Below are positions 25,408 through 37,902 of a DNA stretch of 64,000 bases, one piece after another. The number at the start of each line of letters is the position of its first letter. Positions within the stretch are counted from its first letter, which is position 1. Source of the stretch: Cyanophora paradoxa CCMP329 (Eukaryota; Plantae; Glaucophyta); NCBI GenBank assembly GCA_004431415.1, contig QPMI01000527.1, positions 135,619-199,618 of the forward strand, read 5' to 3'. A program made the translations under genes and the position numbers. The notes beneath the pieces were generated by a model that was not told the DNA's origin, did no database searches, and saw only the letters and a list, made by a program, of their open reading frames with translations.

Positions 25408-26097
25408 CAGTGTTGTCAACATGATGCACAGATCATGATCGCGACATCATGATGGGACGTAAATTTCGCATCATGATGACCTCGGATTATGATGATCGTC
25501 ATCATGATGTGAGGGGGGGTACCTATACGGCACACGAATCGCGTATTTCTGGCCGCCTGCGCTATTTCAAAGGTCTCATGTACGATCTTAACAGCTAACA
25601 GACGCTGTAGCAGCAGTTTAGAGCATGGTTGGAGCGATTCGGACAATGTTGAAAGGCTGCTGGACTCAGCAGCTGGAGTGCTGGGGGGGTACAGTGGGCC
25701 CTACCCTTAGTCGCTGGTGATGCAAGATCGCCCAGATTTGCACTTTGAGAAGGGTGCGGAGACGCTTAACACATCTCCTAAAACACACAATAGACTATCT
25801 TAAGACTTAAGGAGGCTGATCAACTGCTCCTCTGCCTAAAACATCTTGGGGAGAAGGGGTTGTGTGCCTCTTTTGGGCCAACCCTGAGCCTAATATCTAT
25901 CCGGACTGGTCAGGGATGAGTTAGAAACACGACATAATGCATAGGAAGCGCAGCAGAGAGCCCCCGTAGCGAAACAAGCGTAGAAAATGCCGGGCAAACG
26001 ATGATGATGGCGGGAAGACATCATGATCGATCATGATCCATCATTATCACCGCATCATGATGCGTGACCGGTCGTGTGCATCATGTTGACAACACTG
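25408..26097. mobile_element. Non-autonomous hAT-type DNA transposon (MITE), 690 bp
   Basis: Perfect 23-bp TIR CAGTGTTGTCAACATGATGCACA (25408-25430 and 26075-26097). 8-bp TSD GCTGCAGG (25400-25407 and 26098-26105). No transposase ORF. Confidence 0.9.
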
Positions 26098-26145
26098 GCT
26101 GCAGGCTGCAGCCTGCAGCTGCGGTCAAAAGTTCGCTGCAACGTT

Positions 26146-29100
26146 CACAGCTCGTTTTTTTTGTATTTCGACCAAACATGGCGAATATACGGTTAAAATT
26201 CGAATTCCCCGCGGGAGGCCACAACTTTACGAATTCCCCGAAGTTAAAATACGGTTACGAGGCCACATCGAGGCGGGAGTTTTTCACTCATTATTTCGGA
26301 ACTGCTGAGCAGGAGACCGGATGTGAGAATAAACTCCGGCCGGCCAACACCCCGGATCCCTCTTATGCTTCTGATAATCCCTTTGTGCTTATGACGTTGT
26401 CGGCAGCTCATTTCGCTGATTTATACGATGGTCAGCAAGCTCAAAGTGTGGTGGCGGCGCATCGTGATGAACGGGCTGAATGTGCGTCACTGTATGCGCC
26501 TTATAAACTCATTCCGCGGGAGGCCGTGGATCTCGATACCCCACTGGCCGCCTATGAATTGTTGCAATCGTTTAAGGATATATCTGGGCTTAGAAAATCC
26601 CCTGGACTTGATGGTTTAGTACCTGAATTTTATAGTACTTTCTGGGGCGACATTGGTCCAGATTTTATGGAATACCTTAAGGCTATGCATAATCGGAAGG
26701 CGGCCCCTGGCTCGCTACGAGATATCCTCATTGTCCCAATTCCGAAACCTGGTACGGATGCGACTTTGGTCACTAACCGTCGGCCTATCGCTCTATCGAA
26801 TGTAGAGGAGCGAGCAGTCGAGCGGGCATTATCTAACCGCTTGACCCCTATCATGCCCCGCTTAATATCAAAATATCAGTCGGGTTTTATCACCAAACGT
26901 TCTGCGGTGCATCAATTTATGCTCGTATATTTATTGATGTATTATGAGGGGATAATCCCGATCTCGAGGAACTTTGTTTGGGGTTCCTTGATTTCTCCAA
27001 AGCCTATGATCGGGTGAATTGGGAGTTTCTTTTCTGGACCTTGAATCAATATGGATTTGGGTCATACTTTACTGACTGGGTCCGTCTTTTGTATTCTGAT
27101 CTGTCGGGGATGATCCATATTAATGGCTGGACAACGCCTCGGTTTCCCATCCGGTGCGGAGTCCGGCAGGGTGGTCCTCTATCGCCATATCTATATAATT
27201 TGTGTGCGCATCTATTAATCATGTTAATCGATACTGAACCCCGTATACGCGGGGTGCAAATTTCTGGGCGGTCCATATGCAAGGTCCTCCAGTTTGCTGA
27301 TGATACTGTTCCCCTTATTGCCTCCTTTGCGGAATTCCCCATTTGGGACGCTCTCATTAAGAAATTTCAACGGTTAACAGGGGCGAAAATTAATCTCGAA
27401 AAATCGCATATACTACCCATGCACTCAAATTTATCTCTTCCACCTGATTGTCCTTTTGAGCGTATGAAGGTTGATCCTTCTGAGATTTCCGCAGATGCCA
27501 AGATCGCCAAATATCTCGGGTTCCCTCTGGAGCTAGTGCATGACCGGTTTTGGAATAAAAAGACTGCTGCTCTCGTTCTGCGCGCACAGTCAGTTAACCG
27601 GAATCGGATGCCTCTACGCTCTGGTGTTTTACTTGCGTGGGCTGCTATTGTGGGATCACTACATTATCCGCTGTATATTTTAGAACCGGGAGGTGATCGT
27701 TATAAAGCTTGGAGTAATTTAATCCGCAACTTTTCGGGTGTACGCGGCTCCGTATCTACATATGTTACGGCGCTTCCGTTTAAAGACGGTGGATTAAATT
27801 GCCCAGATATTGTTACGTTTTCGCTGGCTTTAAAATCTAAATGGCTTGCCTTCCTTAACGACCCGGCCTGTTCAGCTCCTTGGAAGGAATATATTCAATA
27901 CCAAATAGACCGTCAGTTGGCTCCATTCTCTTATGCTAATGTCATTTTGGGGCTTGATGTGTCTGCCATCTTGCCAAGATTGCATTTGCCACCGCTTTGG
28001 CAGATGCTGTTTGAGGCGTGGCGAGATCGTCAAGCCGTTGCATCTCCTACAACCGTGCATCAAATTTTGACCCAGCCTATTTTTCTTAATCCTTTATATG
28101 TTCTTCCTAGTGACATTGCAGCACAGACACATACTGAGTTTGCGAGAGCCGGTGTACAGCGCGTCGCTGACATTTGGGATGTACAGTTGCACCGATTTCG
28201 TGCTCCCCCTGCAATGCTAGTTGATTATACTGCTGCCTTTGATCAAATTTGTCGTGCCCTGCCATCCAGTTGGCTTACAACGCTTACTGCTAATGCCGTA
28301 CCGGAACGTTTCTTATGGTATAAATCGAAAGATGATAAATATGTGTATCTGAGGGGTCCCTCGGGCTTTTTTGTGGCCTTCCCTCTTTTTGAAGGTGAGA
28401 TTGTCCCACGGGTGTTGGATTTCGTCCCGTGGCCCCGTGGCCGCCCTCCAGATCCGCTCTTGTACCCTGGCGTACCAGCTGGCCTCTTGCCGCTTCATGT
28501 GCTCTCCTCCCAGTATTTTATTTCTTTGCGCAGAGGTTCGCGTCCAATTCTGGTTTCGCTTGGCACGGGTTCGACAGCTACGCTTTCCTACAGCAATTTT
28601 GCTTTCACATTCGATAAGATGCTCACGCTTCAGGGCTTTTCTGTTCGGCGCTTTTACCAGCTCGAGGTACAGCGACTGTGGCGGGTGCGGAGTAGGGCTA
28701 AGATGCCTTCAGAACACTGGGGTCTGGATCTCCCTCTTAATCGCGTGTCTCAGCTCGTCGCCCTTCGTGCCTTTCCTATGCTGTGGCTCGATGTCCTCTT
28801 CCGTCTCCGATATAAGGCTTTCCCATCTTTACAACGGCCGCCGGTCGCGGCTATTTTCTGCCGCGCTTGTAATGATGGGCAGCATCGTTCAGTGCGGCAC
28901 GTTTTCTTTGATTGCCCTGTGGTGCAGGGTTTTTGGCGGGCCATGCATGCTGAGCTCACATCCTTAGCAGAGGCTTTGCCCGAGGACGTGCAGCCCTCTT
29001 TACCATTGCCTCCTATTACGTTCTCCGCTATTCTAGATCCACAAGTTCCCGGTGTTGCGGGGACATTGATCACATCTTCTGTGGATGCCGATTTCTGTGT

Positions 29101-31303
29101 TCGGTATCTCGGTTATATTTTGGCGGGCATTTACGCAATTTTTCAGCTGTCCCGTGCATATCTCTCACCCGATAATTTACTTGCTGAGCGGGTACCAGTG
29201 TACTCCGTTAATGCTCTGCTAAACCTGTGGAAACGTTTTCTGGATATTCTCGAGATTACGTTGCCTCCTGCTGTCGAGCGCATTGAGCTTCTTCGTTTAC
29301 GGCATTTAGGGGAGGGCTCTGATTACGATGGTTCAAACCCTGAGTCACGTGACCGCCCTAGCCCCCCTCAATCTATTTTTGATGCGAGCTTCTTTTCTGT
29401 GCGCGGAGCTATCCCTCTACAGCGCTCGGGCCCCCCAGCAGTCGCGGTCCCGGGCCCCCCTGCAGTCGCTACCCCTAGGCCTGCTGCTACAGTTAATGGC
29501 GTCGGCGTGAATCCTCAAGTTCAGCACATTGCGAGGCCATCTGCTAGCGCTGATACAGCTTCGGTCCCGGCTCCCTCGAGTTCTCGTTTGAGCTCGTCTG
29601 CCGATGCTAGCGCTAGCGCCGCTTCTGCCTCCACATTAATATGCCCTATTTGTGGGAAGAACTTTCAGTCTTCTGCTGATCGTGACCGTCATGTTCGGGC
29701 TGATAAACATCCTGCTAACGCCCGTGGCGTTCGCCGACCTCGAACCCCTCTAGTTCAGAGAATCCTCCAGATCCTGTGCCTCCTGCCCAGCGCCCCCGCC
29801 TCCAGTCTCCGGATCCGGCACCCCCAGTGCTTGCTCCAGCTCCTGCAGCTGCGGCTACATATGCCGAGCCCCGTCAGCCTGTTCCGACTTTGCGACGGAT
29901 TCGCTCCCCTGCACCCTCACCGTCGCCACCTGCTCAGCGGCTCCGTACTTCCCTGCCCCCCCTAGTCCTTCTCTGATACCTTCCGTTTCACGAATCCGCC
30001 GCCCCGGTCTCCGTCGAATTCAACCTTGCCTCCCGATGCCGATCCGTCCCCTGTCCATGTGTCTCGGCGCCTGCGGCTTTCCTCTCCTGTACCTTCGGCT
30101 TCCCCTCTGGCTGTCCCGCCAGATCCACCTCGCCCGCCGGTTCCTGCATGGCCCCCTTTGATTCATGATAGTCTTGTATCAATCTTCGCTTCACCTCAAC
30201 TTAGTTTACCCTCAGTTGTTTTGCCGTCACCTCCATCAGATGCTTCATCGATGTTAGTTAGGAGCACTGGCCCCCTCCACCTTCCAGTTCCTCGTGTATT
30301 CCATGCCTTCCCTGTACCTTTGATTCCGTTCCCTTTGTCGTTAGCTCTGCCTCTTCCTCCTCCATCTCTCACTGTTAGCCCTCAGGCAGTTCCGCCTCTT
30401 TATCTTCAGCGACCGTCAGACCGTATAGTTTTTGGCAGCGAGTATTTTGTGTATGGTGACGTTCCTCGTGTGTACCCTTCTCTCTCTTCTACTTCGCTAT
30501 ATTTGCCTCTCCCGCCTGGTTCAGCCCCATCGTCTGCCTTCCCTGTCACTACTGGCTTGCGTTTCGCCCCTCCTCTTATACTGCCGATTCCGAGTCTGCA
30601 CCCGAGCTCTGCCCCTTTCCTCGTGTCGTCCCCAGTTCCTCAGATTAGTCTTCAGCCGTCCATTGTTTTACCAACTCTACAATCTCGATTCCGTTTAGAC
30701 ACTCCGCCAGCTTCGACTTTCCCCTCTAGTGGTGTCCTACGTTTCGCCTCTCCTACTGTTCTACCGCCTTTGCCTCCTGCGACTACGTCTTCTAGTTCTG
30801 CTGTTAGCTCTGTCTTGTCGTCTTCGTCTAGATCTTCGTCTTCGACTGTAGTTCCTCGTGCTCGTTCTCCTTATTTGCTGCGTCCCCGTGCTCCTCGTCG
30901 TTCTAGTGTGACTAGTACTTCTGCATCGACGCCCTTGAGCTCTTCTACTCCTTCTCCTCGTGCTCGTTCTCCTTATCTTTTGCGTTCTTCTGATCGTGTC
31001 CCTTCTCGTGATCCCTCTTGATTCTGTATATATTTTGTGCTAGTTTACTGTATCTTTGATTTGTGATTGCTTTGTTGTCTTTAATATCACTACCTACGGG
31101 GGGTTCGCCCCACCGTAGTCTCTCAAAAAAAAAAAAACGGGTATTTGGAATTCCCCTGCTAAGGCTAGTGCAATCTACTAGCCTACAAGATGTAGCTTGA
31201 AGCACTAGCCGGCTAGCTTCGGGTGAAAAGTTATCGCGATCGCCGGCTACCCTTGCCCATACAACGGGCATGTCGAGTCGATTAGGAAAAAAAACGAGCT
31301 GTG
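26146..31303. mobile_element. Non-autonomous CAC-ended DNA transposon (CACTA/CMC-like MITE, about 275 bp) split by LINE-B
   Basis: 17-bp TIR CACAGCTCGTTTTTTTT (26146-26162 and 31287-31303), extending imperfectly (TCGAC...ACATG). 3-bp TSD GTT (26143-26145 and 31304-31306). Internal GAATTCCCC repeats. Confidence 0.8.
26256..31137 (+). mobile_element. L1/Tx1-like LINE family B, 5'-truncated (no EN), RT + zinc finger + Pro/Ser tail
   Basis: ORFs 26064-27017, 26978-29965 and 30026-31021 are collinear with LINE-A ORF2 (KSPGLDG, LDFSKAYD, GVRQGGPLSPYLY, FADD, CRAC...HVFFDC). Frameshift near 26950. Distinct 3' UTR with poly(A) at 31126-31137. Confidence 0.92.
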
Positions 31304-31459
31304 GTTAACTTGCCGCTGCAAGCCTGCAATTGCAAGTTTGCCAAGTTTGCAACTTGCCAAGTTGAAGCCGGTCAAAAGTTCGCTGCAAGCCGGTCGACCG
31401 GCGACGTCAAAAGTTCGGTGCAAGCCGTTATATAATTAAGGTTTGCTGCAAGAAGCTGA

Positions 31460-31560
31460 ATTTGCTTTTTTGTCTTTATGCCCCCTGGGCAGCCTAGCCG
31501 GGGCTAGCCCCTGCAGTGCTGGTGTCTAGAGACTGTGGCCGGTAATTCACCAAAAAAAAA
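31460..31560 (+). mobile_element. LINE-A 3' fragment
   Basis: TTTGCTTTTTTGTCTTTATGCCCCCTGGGCAG...GGCCGGTAATTCACC followed by poly(A). Confidence 0.85.
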
Positions 31561-32394
31561 GAATTGACTCCGAATTCGAAGTTGACAGGCTAGCGCTCTA
31601 GCCTCTAGATCTTGAGCTTGAGGCTTGAGCTAGAGCTCAACGAGCTTGATGATCTTGAATGAGCTTGACGTCGAGTTGACGTCGACGAGCTGTGTGAGCT
31701 GTATACATATGCATGTGGCTCGATCATGAAAAACATTGCATCATGATAATCATGAATCATGATCATGATCTGATGACCTGCAGCTGTACCCCCTGGCTCA
31801 AGGCTGCAGCCTGCAGGCTGCACAGCCTGCACTGCGGCAGGCTGCAGCCAGGCTGCAGCCGGGACGACGGTCTAGAATCTCTACTAGGGCTAGATCCTGA
31901 GATCTGCCGCAGTGCGGCCATCTAGAATCTAGATCTGCCGGGCGTACGCCGCGGTACGCGTGCGGTCGCAGATCTACCTAGACGAAGCTCGAAGCAGTCG
32001 ACGTCAGCATTCTGAAGCTCGAAGCACGTGCAGCCAGCACTCCCCGTTTCCGCGTCGTCAGCAGCAGCAGCAGCCAGGCAGCAGCAGACGTCGTTTCACC
32101 GTCGAGGATGTCCGGGATAGGCCGCGGGCGCGGCCGCTCGGCGCGTCCTGGTGCGTCGCTCGCGCTCCGATTCTCGCCCTATAGCTAGCTATAGGCCTTG
32201 AATTCGCGTCGCTGACCGCGACCGGCGCTCCACTGGGCCAGCTGGCCATGGATGGCTTCCGAGTGCGATGGATGCGACCCCTGCGGCGGTTACCTTTGTC
32301 CCGTATGGGAGCGGTGCGCAGACCTTCAAGAATCCACTAGCTATAGGACGCTTCCAGCTGCCGCGCTCATGCATCCGCAGGCTCTGCCTCGTCG

Positions 32395-35300
32395 ATGGCC
32401 GGCGCCATCGCCAGCGACGTCGACGACCGCGTCCCGCTTCTCGCCGCAGCGCAGAGCACTTCGACGATCAGCACTGAGCTAGCGCCGGCCTCGGCGCCCG
32501 AACGGGAGGTCGCCGCCAGCACAGACCCAGCGCCCGCAGCGCCGGCCGCGGCCTCGGCTGACTCGCATGGGACTGGCGCGGCTGGCGAGGCAGCTGGCCA
32601 TGGGGCCGGAGCCGCCGGTGTCGGCCAGCTGCAGCCTGCCAGCGCTGCTAGCGCGGCGTCGCCCGGGGTCGAGCCGTGGTTCCATGTAGCTGCGACGGGG
32701 GACGTCGACGTGCTTCGGTGCGCCTTTCCCCCCCCCCCCTCTCCCCTCCCCCCCCCCCCCTCCCCCTCCCTCCACTCCCCTTCAATCCCTCCCCCATTCC
32801 CCACCCGCATCCGGCCGATCCCTCGCTTCCTTCACCCCCTTGGTACTTTTGATCGAAGGGACTCAACCCCCAATCCCCCGCCCCCCCTCTAAAACCGCCC
32901 CCCGCCCCTCCCCCCCCCCTCGCCCCCCCCCTCCCCTCCCCCTCGTACTTTGGATCGAAGGGCCGGCGCCTCGCAGGGCGATGCTGGAAGGAGGCCGGCC
33001 GGTCGATTCAACGAACAAGGAAGGCCTCACTGCGCTCTACATCGCATGCAACAACGGCCACGAGGCCGCAGCGCGGCTCCTGCTCGAGCGCGGTGCAGAC
33101 TCGATGCTGCCATGTGGCGAAATGGGCGGGCTCCCAATTCACGCGGGAGCTGCTGGCGGGCACGAGCCCATCGTGAGGTGCCCTTCAGGAATCCTGCATC
33201 ATCTTTGCCAGCTGCAAACAGCCCTGCAGGCTTTTCCTGGGGCGCGGGGTGCCTGTGGATGTGAAGACCAAACGAGGGGCTACGGTACTCTACATTGCAT
33301 GCCAGGAAGGTCGCGAGGCCGTGGTGCGGCTCCTGCTCGAGCGCGGGGCGGACCCCTTGCTGTGCGACGACTACGGCTGGCGCCCCCTCCAAGTCGCTGT
33401 TGTTTACGAGCATATGGCGATTGTCAAGTGCGGCGGACCATGCTTTAATTTCCGCCATCAGACTTCACGTGACCCCATATGCACGCCCGGTCCGCAGGCT
33501 CCTGCTCGAGCGCGGCGTGGATCCCAGTCTGGCAGACAGCAACAATCAGCTGCCCATTCATGCAGCTGCCGAATCCGGGAACATACCTCTCTTCAAGTTC
33601 GTTCTATTAAACCGCATTCACCTGTTTATACATATATACCACGTGCACCGTGATAATTATAGGCTCGCTGCAGGCTTTTTCTGGAACTCGGGAACCCCGT
33701 AACAGCAACCTGCACGCGCTTCGATATTAAAGGAACGACTGTGTTGCACGTTGGTGCCTTCCGTGGATTTGTGGATATCATCCGGCGCGTTACCAGATGA
33801 AGTTTTTCTATTTGCAAGTCTTTTGAGCCATCACCATCGCGTGATCTGAGCGCGGTGCAGATTGAGCTTGCAGCACGGGGCAGCGCTGGAAGCGATTGAT
33901 GGACGCGGCTGGACACCGCTTATGGTTGCCTGCCAGTCGGGGGAGGCGGCGGCGGCGCGCTCTCTTCTGGAGGCGGGCGCTGAGTGGGACACGGAGGACA
34001 AAGAGGGAGTGACAGCACTAGAGCTCGCCCTCCGCTGGCGGCAAGGCGCCCTCCTCAATCCTTTCCTCGACTGTCCGCGCGTCCTCTTCACCTCGAGTAA
34101 ACTTGCTGATATATGTGGGCGAATCGTTGATGCTGTTGCTGCTGAGTGCAATCCTGCCGCTGTCGTGGCCAAGTTTCCCGCGCACAAACTCCACTGTGCC
34201 CTTCATCTTGCCCGTCTTCTCGAGGTCCGTGATCCTCGGGCCGGGCCCGGCCGGCCCGTCCCATTCATTTTTTGACTTCGTTTCGAATTCTCCCGCCTGT
34301 CCCGGGGCCGTTCCGGGCAACGCAGAGGGCGGCCAAGGCAAACCCCGACCAGACTTCACTTATTCTTGAACACCGTGACGAAGCCATCGATGTTGCGTAT
34401 CAGGTAGATTTCTCCCAGACCGTCATCTCGCCGACTCAGAGACACTTGTGCAGCTGCTGGATGCTATGGGGAGGAAATTTGGAGAGCGCCTGCAAAGGCG
34501 AGCAAGAAATGACGGTCTTGCGGTCACTTGGATAGGTGCCATGAGAAGGCTTGGGTGCGTCACATCGCCTCGCACGCTATATATATGTGCCTGTTTTGAA
34601 TGGTTCTGATAACAAACCTGCGCAGGATGGAGACAGAAGACAAGAGGCTGGAGGAACGGCTACGGGATTGCGTCGAGCTCACGGCAGATGACCCACTCGA
34701 CACGTGGCACGCGAAGCAGGCGCGTTTAATTTGATATGATAATGAACACGTTGCAGTGCACCTGCAGCTGTACATGTGGTCTAACACCTTCTGCTCGCCC
34801 TCGATGCAGTTATACAAGAGATGTTACGAGCTCGAGCAAAACAATAAGAATAGCGCCATCGATGCAGGTATACTAGAGTTGTTTTGGACTGCTTGTGATC
34901 AGTTGGTGCCCATCGCCGACTCAGTCGAAGTGCGTGACACACCACCCTGCATCTGTCATGTCGTCGAGACCCCACTCAATGGCGCATGCAGGCTCTTGAA
35001 CTTTGCCTGCCCGGTGTCGGGAGCCCACTCGACATAGCCATTGAACTGGATTTGTACCCGTTCTTTGTGCGCCTACCGACCCTCTTGCTCCTCACTCCTC
35101 GCATGCTGCTAGAAGCTTTGTTTTTATCCCAAACCTTTCGAAATGTTCCTACATCTGATCGCTAATGTTCCTACATCCTCGCCTGCGCAGGGCCATCCTT
35201 TTGTCCATCGCTACATTCAGCGCATCTCTGAGAGCGCATCAGATATGCAGGTCAGCACGAACGCCTTCTCTAGATCTCATCCAACCTAGCCATGGCCAGA

Positions 35301-37902
35301 GCACCTCATATGCATATGCATGTGTACATGCATGTACACATGCGCAGGCAATTGTATAAGAATTTTCTCACCCGTTTCAGGACCTCACTTTTTTCATGTG
35401 CAGGCGGCTTCACTTCTTCCCAGCGCCCTCGTGTCGCTTGCTGAGAAGTTGTTGTTACGCGGTGCCGAAAAAGACGGCAAGAGCGAGGGAAAGGACGGCA
35501 AGAGCGAAGATGATGCTGGGACAGGTGAGGATGATGCTGGGGGAAATAAGCAGCCAATTGCAAGCGAGGGGACGTTCAATCAAACGAGCGAGGGAGAGCT
35601 CTGGTGGGAGTCTCCCGGGCACCCCCTCAACAGCTGGAAGGGAAAGTTCGCGGCGGATTTGACTACGTACCTTATTTTCCTATTCCTCACGGCTCTCGGT
35701 ACCGTCCTTTTACCCCCACTGCAATCCGCTTTGTGCAACGTCAGCTAACCACAGCCAGCTGTGTGGAGTGTGAACGCATACGTGCTTGGGGAGCTTGGCC
35801 ACGGGCGACCGCAACCTTCAGTTCTGGCCCTCCTCGCCATTCAGTCTCTCTGTATGCTTCTGCACGAGTACTACCAGGCACGTCCGTAGGCCTTTTTGTC
35901 TGGCCTACCAAACTCTCGTTCTAATAAAGCGCGATGTTTCATCAGGCGCGGGTGGAAGGGTTCCGAGACTTCCTGGGAGACGTCTTCAATCTCTTTGACC
36001 TCGCCCTCTTTATCACCACGCCGCTCCTCGCGATTGTCGGAATCATTGCAGAGGTACTGATGGAGTTTCTCCCTTATCAACCGTGGTTTCAGCCGCTTTG
36101 ACTTCAGTTCAGGCGGTACCCGGTTGTGCTCACTATGCCGACTATGTAGTTCCTGTCCTTTCTCTAAGTGCGACCTTACACCGACATTAATATTTACACA
36201 GCAGCTGTTCACTTGACTGACACCGCCGTGCAGTTTTCATTCCGGCTTCTCTTCGCCTTCTCGAGTTTGGGTACATCAGCTCCATGCTAGGTCTGCCATC
36301 ATGCTAGGTTTTGGTTTTAAGCTCAAAACCAGCTCTCATCACTTCGAACAGGCCCCATGCTCGTTGTTTTCGGTCGCGTGCGTTTCTTAGCTTGTGGCTC
36401 CGAGGCTCTGCAACCCTCTCTTGATCTCTTGAACGCCAGATGGCGCAAAATGTTCTCTCGGTCCTCATCGTCTTTCTTCTCGTTTTCGCGTCCTTCGTGT
36501 TCGCCCTCTGGGGCTGGTCGGCCTCCATCCTTGGCCGCGCCAGCGACGGCGAACCGCCGATCACCTTGGCCGAAACTGCGTGCGCTCATGATCGGTCCTT
36601 AATATATAGCTACATATACCGCAGGCTCTCAGATCTTTCATGCGCTAAGCAACCCTTTCCTGCACCTCAGCGGATCTCTCTACTTTGGTTTCCTGGGGGA
36701 GAGCGACTACGATCTGATGCGCTCCCGCGTCCCAATTGTTGGTCGGCTGTTTGCTGATTTTTGTCGGGCCGGGCCATGGGTTCAAATATGATCGATATCC
36801 CTCCACAGGCTCGGCATTTTTCTCGATCTACCAGATTATTACGGTGCGTCATGATCACTGACTCGAAGCACTATACACGTCATGATCAACTGCAAGCCAC
36901 TAACGTGTCGAGGCCATTGCCAGGTCATCCTGCTCCTGAACGTGCTCACCGGTCTCTTCAGGTGCGTGCGAAGAACCGCCTGCGCGCCCTGTTCATTTAT
37001 TCACATTTATTCGTACTAACAATCCGGTCCGGATCCCAGCTTCTCTTTCACCGACATTTTTGAGAACGCGCGACACGTGTATGCATTCGGCAGAGCGAAG
37101 GTGCCCCTGCTCCCTTTAATTTTGAAGCCCGCCGCCCTCAAAATCTTAAAAATTCAGATATCTGCAGCTTTTCGCCGCCGAAATTGACCTGGCGGCAGAT
37201 TATTCTCCGGTACCACCGGATGGGCCGCCATCTAGTGGCGCCGCTGAATGTAGTCTGGCTGCTGCTTAGCCCCGCGCCCCGCCTCGCCGCCGCGGTTATC
37301 AACGTGGTATCGGCTGTGTTCTTCCTCCCCTTCCTCGCCGTCGCACTCGGCCTCTCGTACCTGTCCCGCCTCGTCGAAAACCTCTTCGGAACTCCGGCGG
37401 ACAAGAAGAAGCAGCAGGAGGCCGCCGCCCAGTCTGGAGCCCTGGAGGCATGGCTGAAGGCCATCGAAACCCACCGGAAGGCGCGGCTCGCGGACGCTGC
37501 CAAGGAGAAGACCGATGCTCCCTTAGAGCTGAAGCTCAAGTACCCCCTCGCGTACGACGAGGCCAACGAGAAGCCGGACCCTGTGCCCCCCGGCCCCCTC
37601 AAGGTGCGAGCCTCTACACCCCCGAACGATATGTATCTTCAGCTTTCTGAGTCAAATCGATCGAGCAGGTGGCGCACACGGCGGACAATATGCCGCGCAA
37701 CCTGGAGACCATCCACGAGCGCACCGAGAAGCTGGAGGCAAGCCAGGCGGAGCTGAAGGAGAAACTGGAGGAGAAGATGGACGCGTCGCTTGCAGAGCTG
37801 AAGGCCGGCCAGGCGAAGCTCGAGGCGTCGCTGGCGGAGGTGAAGGCGGCGCTCGCGGCGCTCGCCGCCCCCGCCGCCCGCCGCAGCCTCTTCGAGTTCT
37901 GA
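32395..37902 (+). CDS. Ankyrin-repeat TRP-type cation channel (paralog 2), multi-exon, apparently full length
   Basis: ANK exons at 32977-34224; pre-S1 ELWWESPGHPLNSWKGKFAADLTTYLIFL; S2-S3 LLHEYYQ..DVFNLFDLALF; S4-S5 linker GPMLVVFGRMAQNVLSVLIVFLLVFASFVFAL; S6 VILLLNVLTGLF; TRP-box-like VYAFGRAK; coiled-coil end. I did not verify every small pore exon. Confidence 0.85.

Noticed and set aside
26146-26162. Transib/RAG RSS-like end (CACAG..)
   Set aside because: The TSD is 3 bp rather than 5 bp, and there is no heptamer-spacer-nonamer layout.
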